Positions 57,545-64,000 of a stretch of 64,000 nt of DNA are shown here, in pieces. The stretch covers positions 75,527 to 139,526 of IMG/VR virus record IMGVR_UViG_3300040801_001812; one strand, 5' to 3'. How positions within the stretch are numbered: the first letter of the stretch is position 1; every line of letters starts with the position of its first letter. The DNA is from a virus. The position numbers were made by a program, and so were the translations under genes. Below the pieces are notes generated by a model, which saw only the letters and a list, made by a program, of their open reading frames with translations, did no database searches and was not told the origin of the DNA.

Positions 57545-57896
57545 CGTACTTCCCTGGGGGAAGACCCTCACTGGCGGGGTCAAGATCCTTCTCTTCACCC
57601 AGCATCCCGTAACCACGGATGTCTGACCACGGACTCTCGTCGTCCGCTTCACGGCGCTCCGGAGTGTAAGATCCAACGCGGGTCAGCTTGTCCTGACAGC
57701 GAACCCAGAGAAGCATGTCCTCGTACTGATCCGGGCTGACGCCATCTGGGTAGTCAGCACGCATCTTAGCGGCAACTTTCCTGATGGCATCCCCGTATTT
57801 GTTGTTCTTTAGAATGACGTGCTTCGTTCCTTCGACACCGATCTGGCGTAGCCTCTTCGCTTTCGCCTCGATCCGCTTCATGTCCGCATCGCCCAT
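57537..57896 (-). CDS. DUF1599 / nucleotide-modification-associated-domain-like protein
   Basis: KNNKYGDA, VR..DKL.R, DESPWSDIRGYGML. Confidence 0.7.
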   Translation of the reverse strand: MGDADMKRIEAKAKRLRQIGVEGTKHVILKNNKYGDAIRKVAAKMRADYPDGVSPDQYEDMLLWVRCQDKLTRVGSYTPERREADDESPWSDIRGYGMLGEEKDLDPASEGLPPGKYDV

Positions 57897-58435
57897 CACA
57901 CACCCCTTTCTGCCAGCCCCTCTTGAATAGCGGTAACGACCATACTCAAAATGCGCTGACGTTGATTGCTGGGCAGAGAAAGGAGCTTGTTCAAGAACTG
58001 CTCCTGGCCTTCCTTGGTAATCCCTTCGGTCAAAGTCTCAGCCGCGCCGAAGGTGTCCTTCATGTTCGCGGTGATCATGCCGATAGCATCCTTAGAAGCC
58101 GTCATGTTATTGATGATCTCGATCTTGTTCTTGATCGCCTGATTGAGTGCCGAGACAGCCCGGATCTTCTCACCAGTAGATGCTTCAGCTAGATCTTCTG
58201 TATCCAAAATCTCAACGGTAGCATCAAGCGCATCGAAGTAGTGGGTGAGCTGGGTAATCCGGTCTACCACCATGCTCACATAGAGGAGCTGAACGTAAAC
58301 CTGATGAGCGCGGATGACGTTATCAGCCAACTCAATCAGCTCGGGGTCTACCTCTTCTCCACTAGATACGGCCATGTACAGCTCCGTAGTGAGCTGCTGG
58401 GCCATGGAAATCTCGGTGTTATCCATCTGAATCAT
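57896..58435 (-). CDS. Helical hypothetical protein (possible terminase small subunit, unverified)
   Basis: GGGAG SD; all-helical, 179 aa; upstream of terL. Confidence 0.5.
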   Translation of the reverse strand: MIQMDNTEISMAQQLTTELYMAVSSGEEVDPELIELADNVIRAHQVYVQLLYVSMVVDRITQLTHYFDALDATVEILDTEDLAEASTGEKIRAVSALNQAIKNKIEIINNMTASKDAIGMITANMKDTFGAAETLTEGITKEGQEQFLNKLLSLPSNQRQRILSMVVTAIQEGLAERGV

Positions 58436-58679
58436 GTGAACTCCCTCGGGCCACTATATCACCCACCTTAGGCAGCTTGATAGTATGACCCCCAAAATAC
58501 CTGATGAGCGTTTCAAACGTATGAGGCCCGAGCACCGAGATCAACTCGGGGATCAGGCTCTCGTCCTCTCCCACAGCAGCGTAATACCCGTCCAGTACCT
58601 CGGGAGTGAGCTTGTCGAGGTTATCTGCGATGTCTATTAGCTCCTTGAAAATAGGGGGCAAAATACTGGGTTCGTTCAT
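58419..58679 (-). CDS. Mor/C transcription-activator-like N-terminal domain protein
   Basis: ELISVLG...FETLIRYFGGHTIKLP resembles the Mor GG..[IV].[IL]P motif; no HTH follows. Confidence 0.55.
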   Translation of the reverse strand: MNEPSILPPIFKELIDIADNLDKLTPEVLDGYYAAVGEDESLIPELISVLGPHTFETLIRYFGGHTIKLPKVGDIVARGSSHDSDG

Positions 58680-58833
58680 GTAGCAAAAACTGCACCCCAG
58701 GTGCGTACGTGGCTATAGGGAAGCTCCGTGAGTATTTGATGTTGGCCAGTGCAAAAACTGGTCGAAGTTCTAGTATCGGAGCAACGATCTAAAGCCAACC
58801 ACAACACCTGGGGCACACTCCATTTCTTCGCTG

Positions 58834-59580
58834 CTAGGCATAGCCTAGGTCTCCGTCAAACATAGCGTTCTCTTCCGCACCGATCCCGATAATATCCATG
58901 TGGTAGTCGTTTGTTTCGGGTTTACGGGTGCGCAAAACAAGGAACGCTTGGGTGAGAATGAACGTACAATACTCCATCATGAAGTTCCGGTTGGAGCACC
59001 CCATGAGCTGAAGAACGGACTTGGCAATTTCACGCCCTTGGATCATCTGAGCCAAGATGTACACGCACACACGGCGCATCTTACCCTCAAACCGTACGTA
59101 GCTAACAGCGATACCAAAGAGCTGCTTGGGGAGCCTCTTCAGCGTTAGTTCAGCTTCCACCTCGTAGATATTCTGTACAGTAGACGTCTCAGGCTCCGTG
59201 TGCATCTCAGTGATACGCTTCTGGAGCTTGTTGTGTTTACCGTGCAGAACATCATACTCACGGTAGAAAGCATTCACCACGCAGGTGAACAGATACCGCA
59301 TGTATTTCTGATGGCTATTCAGCTTTTCGATCTCCTTATCAGCCATCTTAGGGATAGCTTTGGTGATCGTATAAGCAGCGTGGGAGATGAGGTCGTCCTC
59401 ATCTCCCATGTATGTGACTTTGAATTTTTGAGTGGAGTAAACCACCCGGATGATGGGCAAGGCGAGTACAATGGCCTCGTCTAACTTCGCATCGGTCTGG
59501 TCAGCTCGGTAGGCGTCAAACGCGGCGTACGCGTCTTTCTGCTTCCACCAGCCAAGACTACTGAACCAACCTGACGACAT
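58834..59580 (-). CDS. Phage sigma-factor-like protein (gp55 / late sigma-like)
   Basis: Region-2-like EDDLISHA..TITKAI.K...YLFTCVVNAFYR; 248 aa; GGAGG SD. Confidence 0.65.
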   Translation of the reverse strand: MSSGWFSSLGWWKQKDAYAAFDAYRADQTDAKLDEAIVLALPIIRVVYSTQKFKVTYMGDEDDLISHAAYTITKAIPKMADKEIEKLNSHQKYMRYLFTCVVNAFYREYDVLHGKHNKLQKRITEMHTEPETSTVQNIYEVEAELTLKRLPKQLFGIAVSYVRFEGKMRRVCVYILAQMIQGREIAKSVLQLMGCSNRNFMMEYCTFILTQAFLVLRTRKPETNDYHMDIIGIGAEENAMFDGDLGYA

Positions 59581-59597
59581 ACACCCTCCATCCCCAC

Positions 59598-59613
59598 ATA
59601 CTATATCTTGTGG
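59598..59613. promoter_or_regulatory. NrdR-box-like operator 1 (covers the -10 element)
   Basis: ATACTATATCTTGTGG vs consensus acaCwAtATaTwGtgt: 13/16, all core positions match. Confidence 0.7.
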
Positions 59614-59629
59614 TGACGAAGAGTGTCAA
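59600..59629 (-). promoter_or_regulatory. Sigma70-type promoter of the sigma-like gene
   Basis: TTGACA (59629-59624), 18-bp spacer, TATAGT (59605-59600). Confidence 0.8.
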
Positions 59630-59645
59630 CAACTAAATGTGGTGG
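59630..59645. promoter_or_regulatory. NrdR-box-like operator 2 (abuts the -35 element)
   Basis: CAACTAAATGTGGTGG; core C.A.AT.T.G kept; starts 32 bp from box 1. Confidence 0.6.
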
Positions 59646-59650
59646 TCAAA

Positions 59651-59914
59651 CTACTTACCTAAATGATGCCGTGTCTCTTTTAGCCAGCGGTTCAGGGTGC
59701 CATCCGGTACCGAAACCGACCCCGTGCTCTGATAAACGGAGAGCATGTCGTAGGCACGACGGAGAAGTGACTTGGTGATAGCCACCTCGACAGCCTTACA
59801 GACAAAATCCCCCGGTTCCCGTTCGTGGTGCATAGGGATCTCCCTTTCGAGAGGGATCTTGAACATGACCTTCACGCCCTTTTTCTTAACACGGTCAATG
59901 AAACCCTTGAGCAT
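59651..59914 (-). CDS. Hypothetical protein
   Basis: GGAGG SD; 87 aa. Confidence 0.65.
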   Translation of the reverse strand: MLKGFIDRVKKKGVKVMFKIPLEREIPMHHEREPGDFVCKAVEVAITKSLLRRAYDMLSVYQSTGSVSVPDGTLNRWLKETRHHLGK

Positions 59915-59929
59915 AATCCCTCCAAAGGG

Positions 59930-59952
59930 AAAAAGGGGGTCTACAGACCCCC
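59930..59952 (-). terminator. Intrinsic terminator
   Basis: GGGGGTC-TGTA-GACCCCC followed by TTTTT. Confidence 0.8.
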
Positions 59953-59979
59953 GTACGTTCCCAGAGCGTTAATCACCCC

Positions 59980-60432
59980 TTACGGCGTGTCGTCAGCGAA
60001 CGCGATCTCGTCGCCCTGCACGGCCTTGCCATTCGGCAGAATGAACAGCGGGAATGTCGAAGCGTCTTGATCGCTCGCATCTGTCCAGGTCAGGACGAAC
60101 TTACCAGTTTCATCCGTCAACACCTGGAAGTCAATGGTCGGCGAGGTAGTCAGGATTGTACCTGTCGTAGCCGCAACAGTAAGGCCCGAGATAGCCGCAT
60201 CAAGTGTATCGAAGTCCTCGTCAGTGAACAGGACCACCTGGACAACCACGGCCTCGTTGATCGCATCACCAGCCGGGTCAACGACCTGACCAGTGACGGT
60301 CACAACCTCGGTATCCTCGGCACTAACGGTTACCTCAAGGTCTTCAATTGGCGTCTCGATATAGAACTTCTGGTAGAGTTCCGAAACGGTGTCGCGTTGG
60401 CGTTCTTCTTGGGTGTAGTCAAACGTGCCCAT
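59980..60432 (-). CDS. Acidic Ig-like protein, likely virion decoration
   Basis: VTVTGQVVD..G and TDETGKFVLTWTD; own promoter motif, AGGAGG SD and terminator. Confidence 0.6.
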   Translation of the reverse strand: MGTFDYTQEERQRDTVSELYQKFYIETPIEDLEVTVSAEDTEVVTVTGQVVDPAGDAINEAVVVQVVLFTDEDFDTLDAAISGLTVAATTGTILTTSPTIDFQVLTDETGKFVLTWTDASDQDASTFPLFILPNGKAVQGDEIAFADDTP

Positions 60433-60486
60433 GATATCCTCCTAGAGCCTTATGCCCCTTATGGGGCTATCACTCAACGTACACCT

Positions 60487-60492
60487 AATAAA
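60487..60492 (-). promoter_or_regulatory. Putative late promoter motif
   Basis: TTTATTAGGTGTACGTT, identical to the copy at 44465. Confidence 0.75.
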
Positions 60493-60507
60493 GCGCCCTA
60501 GGCAAAA

Positions 60508-60966
60508 CTAGCGAGAAAAACGCCGAGACAGTGCGGCGAGCCTTGAATCTCCCACATCTTCTTTAGGGTCAGGGAGATGCACCTCTTCAACCGCCACAGG
60601 GCCGGTTTTTTCAGTGATTTTGGGCGTATCGAGGGCACCCTTCTCCACCGGCTCAGGAGCATTGTAATTACTAGGGTCTACGCCCCTAGCGGCCAAAATG
60701 CGCGTGACTTGCTGAGCAGCACCGACGATATGATACCCCTGGGATTGCAGGTTCTTGATGGCCCCATCGGCCTCGGCGATCTTAGTCTGCTCACCCTTGA
60801 TATCCTCGTTGATCTTGGCGATGATACCCTGGAGCCTACGCCACTCTTCAACGAGGCCGTCAGTACTGTCGTCCAGCGGGACCACATTCGGAGCAGGAGC
60901 GCCCTTCGGGGCGCTCTGCAAGGGGGCCACACTCTTGTTGGCGGGTTTACGGATCTTCTTACTCAT
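60508..60966 (-). CDS. Coiled-coil hypothetical protein
   Basis: AAGGAGG SD; heptad pattern in the central region. Confidence 0.7.
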   Translation of the reverse strand: MSKKIRKPANKSVAPLQSAPKGAPAPNVVPLDDSTDGLVEEWRRLQGIIAKINEDIKGEQTKIAEADGAIKNLQSQGYHIVGAAQQVTRILAARGVDPSNYNAPEPVEKGALDTPKITEKTGPVAVEEVHLPDPKEDVGDSRLAALSRRFSR

Positions 60967-61250
60967 TGGCTATCCTCCTTGGAATTCGTGATGTTAGGAA
61001 CTTTGTGTTGGATGAGAGCACTCACCTGCTCTAACGTTTGGTTCAATGAGCTGAAATCATCAATAGCGAAGGTCAGCTCGTCCTGGTGCAACGGAGCAGC
61101 CGTCATCTCATAGGCTGACGCGTTCTCCCATACACCAAAATCGACCTCGAAGACACCGCCTTCGGGCCGGATCACGATACGGGTGAGTACAAGAACGGCG
61201 TGCAGGTAGCGATGTCCTGCGGGGTGATGCCACTCGATAGTCTTTGTCAT
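60963..61250 (-). CDS. Hypothetical protein (95 aa)
   Basis: AGGAGGT SD before MTKTIEW at 61250. Confidence 0.65.
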   Translation of the reverse strand: MTKTIEWHHPAGHRYLHAVLVLTRIVIRPEGGVFEVDFGVWENASAYEMTAAPLHQDELTFAIDDFSSLNQTLEQVSALIQHKVPNITNSKEDSQ

Positions 61251-61297
61251 CGCACCTCCTGCCACCACATAGTAACCGGAAACCGCGATGGTGTCAA

Positions 61298-61882
61298 CTA
61301 TAGCGCCTGGATAACCGCCAGGATCTTCTCGTGGTACATCAGTAAAAGCACCAACAAAGCAATAACCGCAGTCAGCGCGATGTTCGTTGGAGACCACCCA
61401 CTAACGATATCCCAGACGCTACGACCAATCGGGGACGCGGAAGAATGTGGCTCCGTAGAAAGCGCCACAGCAGCTTCTTCGGACTCCTGGGCCACGATAC
61501 GCCGCTCGTCCGCACGGGCGTTGGCCTCAAATTCAGCCCGATGTTGGCTATACACATCACACCCATGGTCTTTGATGTTGTAGAGGATCTCTTTCAGTTC
61601 TTCCCACCGCTCTGCGGAGTGCTCGTGATCCTTCTTCAACAGTTCAAGAGCTTTGTCTATGCCGCCTACTCTGGCCGTCAGATCTTTGATGTCTCCCTTA
61701 ACCTCTTTGATATCCGCCTGAGCAGCTTTAAGGTTGGTGTACACCCCTTCTGACCAGTCCTGGAACTCCTGCCGCCTATCCCAATGCGTACGCCGCTCCA
61801 CATCGGAGCTGCCCATCCTCTTAAGCGCAGAAATAACATCTTTGTGAAGGGCTTCAATGGCTTCTTTGGTCATATCAGTCAT
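61298..61882 (-). CDS. Coiled-coil protein with C-terminal transmembrane helix (possible holin-like)
   Basis: IKEVKGDIKDL coiled coil; IALTAVIALLVLLLMY. Confidence 0.55.
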   Translation of the reverse strand: MTDMTKEAIEALHKDVISALKRMGSSDVERRTHWDRRQEFQDWSEGVYTNLKAAQADIKEVKGDIKDLTARVGGIDKALELLKKDHEHSAERWEELKEILYNIKDHGCDVYSQHRAEFEANARADERRIVAQESEEAAVALSTEPHSSASPIGRSVWDIVSGWSPTNIALTAVIALLVLLLMYHEKILAVIQAL

Positions 61883-61891
61883 CGAATATCC

Positions 61892-62320
61892 TTAAAACCC
61901 AGGAGACGCAGGTACTGTAACCGCGATAACCCAACAATCTCCCCCAAGTGCCATTACCGAATGTGGAACATTCGCCGGAATACGAAGAACTCCCCCCTCG
62001 TCAATTACGCCATCGCAATCCGAGGGATCCCAATCCAAGTCAGCCCCCGCTCCTGGGGGGTTGTCGTGAATTTTGTAGGCCAACTGGCCGTCATAAACGA
62101 TGAGAATTTCATCCTCATGGTGGATATGTCGGGGGAACGGGATTTCTGACTTGATACAAGTACGCAACACAGCTACACGTGGTTCCCGGTGTAACCGGTA
62201 GGCTTCAACGTCTTTCCCCATGTCCAGAGGCCAAACAATGTCAGGATCCCCAACACTCGCATGGAGTTTATTAGTTAACTGACGAAGATCTTCGAGTAGG
62301 ACTTCACCTCTCGTGGGCAT
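61892..62320 (-). CDS. Cupin-domain protein
   Basis: PRHIHHEDEILIVYDG and IPANVPHSV cupin motifs. Confidence 0.85.
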   Translation of the reverse strand: MPTRGEVLLEDLRQLTNKLHASVGDPDIVWPLDMGKDVEAYRLHREPRVAVLRTCIKSEIPFPRHIHHEDEILIVYDGQLAYKIHDNPPGAGADLDWDPSDCDGVIDEGGVLRIPANVPHSVMALGGDCWVIAVTVPASPGF

Positions 62321-62365
62321 TCTACTTACCTCTTTTGCTAGTTACCTACAGTAACTCGCGCGTCT

Positions 62366-62371
62366 AATAAA
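62366..62371 (-). promoter_or_regulatory. Putative late promoter motif TTTATT
   Basis: CCTTTATTAGAC upstream of the cupin gene. Confidence 0.6.
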
Positions 62372-62426
62372 GGCGCATTCCTACTCTTTGCCGGACTCGG
62401 AAGCAGATCCCATATCGATATCGTCG

Positions 62427-64000
62427 TTAGCTCCAAGTTATTGGTCTACTACTATTCCCAATTGCAATGAAACGACCGGTTATCCTCGGATCAGTCAAGG
62501 ATGAGTTTGCGTTTACACGGCACCGAATATGGTCAGCCCCGGCATCGCCTCCGGAGAATGACACACTTAGTGTTCCAGACGAACAGACGTTTGAGGTCCC
62601 GGCGATCCCAGCCGTCCCTGCCGTGTTGGTGCCACCTGAGGTCCGGACCATGGTAAAGGTCACGGTCCCACACTCAACCTGCATGTCGGTCCCGTCCTCG
62701 GCTTCGATCTCATAGTAGAACATGGCCGACTGCGCCCTGGGAGCCGTGGCCGTGTTGAAGATACGGGCGAACTCAGTGTTTGACCCATCGGTTAGAGTCT
62801 TGCTCTTGACCGCCTGAAGCCTGTTGAAAATCCCCTCTGCGGCCTCCATGTTCCCGGTCGTCTCGATGTCGTTGTCGTCGGCGTCAATAGTCCCGCCTGC
62901 AATGAGATTCATCTGGTGATTGACGTTGCCGACGTTGACCTCGTCGGAGCCGTCCAGCGCAAGAATCTCTCGGTCTCTGGCCGAGGTGTCCCTGCCGTAG
63001 TACCCGAAATCGTTGGACAGGATCAGGTTCGCTCCACTCCCACCGATAGGTGGCCCGCTAACCCACACATCTTCGAGCGCGTACAGCTCCATGTTAACGC
63101 TTGGGTCACCGAGGCGCAGGATGTCAGCGGTGGTCATCTTGAAGACCTGGCGGGCGGACCCTCCGCTATCATCGGCCGTGACGTTCACGTCGTTGTCAAA
63201 CGCCAAGCCGTCCTCCGGGATGTCGTCCAGCACCTCCATGGCGTCAGCCACGTCAGACGCCGCTGAGAGCATCCCAGTGTGGGCTCCGCCAAGCGGGACA
63301 AGAGCGTCATCCAGCGTTCTGCCTTCCCACCGGCTGTCCCCGTCGTCCCAGGCCAGAATCATCTTGTCAGACGGGCTGGAAAGCGCGAAATGAACATCGT
63401 TGAGGTTCCACAGGTCCAGCCCATCCAGCGTGGTCATGGCCCCGTTCAGCGCGGAGGACCCGAGGAGAATGCCAGAGTACGGAGAGCCGGACATCGGGAT
63501 ATCGCTGTCATCCAGGTCGTCAAGAACGTCCATCGCACCATCGACGCTGGTCTCGCCAGTGAGGAGACCGGCGTGGGTACCGGAGAGGGCTATCGCGCTA
63601 TCTGGGTGCTGGTTCGGGGCGTCGCGGTCTGATAGCCCGGCGTGGCTCGCTGGCGGGTTACCTGACCCGAGGCTCGCCTGTCGAAGATCGTAGTAGTCGT
63701 TCCCATCGTCATCCGAAACGATCGCGGCGTGCCAGGTGTTGCCCATCCCCGCCGATGTCTGGTACAGCACCCCACCGATGAAGTGGAACTCCTCCAGTGG
63801 GAGTAGCGAGACGATCGAGGAAATTTCATTCTCAGCGGCGGCTCTCGCGTCTCCGACCTTGGTGTACTCGGCCTGCCCCATGAGGGCGATGATGGGCTGA
63901 TCCGGGTCGTTGGTCGCGATGATCCAGGAGTAGACGAAATCGTTGTTCGTCCCAACCTCGGTGAGCCCCCACGATCCACCACTCAGCTCGTTGTAGTACA
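62427..64000 (-). CDS. Partial (5' end outside window) tail-fibre-like structural protein
   Basis: Frame open to the window edge; HAGLSDRDAPNQHPDSAI motif; three H/Y.G.L....V..AM..LD repeats. Confidence 0.7.
   Translation of the reverse strand, partial: YYNELSGGSWGLTEVGTNNDFVYSWIIATNDPDQPIIALMGQAEYTKVGDARAAAENEISSIVSLLPLEEFHFIGGVLYQTSAGMGNTWHAAIVSDDDGNDYYDLRQASLGSGNPPASHAGLSDRDAPNQHPDSAIALSGTHAGLLTGETSVDGAMDVLDDLDDSDIPMSGSPYSGILLGSSALNGAMTTLDGLDLWNLNDVHFALSSPSDKMILAWDDGDSRWEGRTLDDALVPLGGAHTGMLSAASDVADAMEVLDDIPEDGLAFDNDVNVTADDSGGSARQVFKMTTADILRLGDPSVNMELYALEDVWVSGPPIGGSGANLILSNDFGYYGRDTSARDREILALDGSDEVNVGNVNHQMNLIAGGTIDADDNDIETTGNMEAAEGIFNRLQAVKSKTLTDGSNTEFARIFNTATAPRAQSAMFYYEIEAEDGTDMQVECGTVTFTMVRTSGGTNTAGTAGIAGTSNVCSSGTLSVSFSGGDAGADHIRCRVNANSSLTDPRITGRFIAIGNSSRPITWS

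Noticed and set aside
58679-58841. ATG at 58841 in frame with the Mor-like gene across two TAG codons, suggesting amber recoding
   Set aside because: TAG terminates many clear genes here with tight downstream coupling, and the read-through peptide is not protein-like
6666-62371. TTTATT read as an archaeal TATA box
   Set aside because: Distance to SD/ATG can be too short (34606), and the sigma70 promoter, sigma-like gene and HU point to a bacterial host
1-64000. tRNA, rRNA, integrase or transposase genes
   Set aside because: None recognised; intergenic gaps are short and lack cloverleaf signatures (not checked with tRNAscan)

Overview
A 64-kb slice of a large T4-like (contractile-tailed) bacteriophage genome, with essentially all real genes on the minus strand and strong GGAGG Shine-Dalgarno sites. 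In transcription order (right to left) it holds: a partial fibre-like gene; small cupin, membrane and Ig-like genes; a gp55-like sigma factor operon; terminase; portal; an HU/IHF-like protein; a MuF-like head protein; a gp68-like core protein; about 11 kb of orphan, mostly very basic proteins; a prohead protease-scaffold fusion; the major capsid protein; neck and tail-completion genes; sheath; tube; tail chaperone; tape measure; baseplate hub, spike and wedge genes; a 1.9-kaa beta-solenoid; a tail fibre; a sulfotransferase; and a second partial fibre-like gene. The best candidate for an undescribed system is a late-transcription circuit. The late-sigma-like gene has a near-consensus sigma70 promoter overlaid by two NrdR-box-like sites 32 bp apart, which suggests host dNTP sensing gates late expression. 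A non-T4 motif (TTTATT) recurs upstream of the structural operons as the likely cognate late promoter. Also notable are a large set of basic proteins with gp21-type [L/I]xE leaders, a nested scaffold start, a candidate +1 frameshift, an anti-SD switch, a catalytically dead papain-like baseplate gene, and a beta-domain shared by capsid, sheath and baseplate. All product calls come from motif recognition by eye and synteny; no database searches were run.
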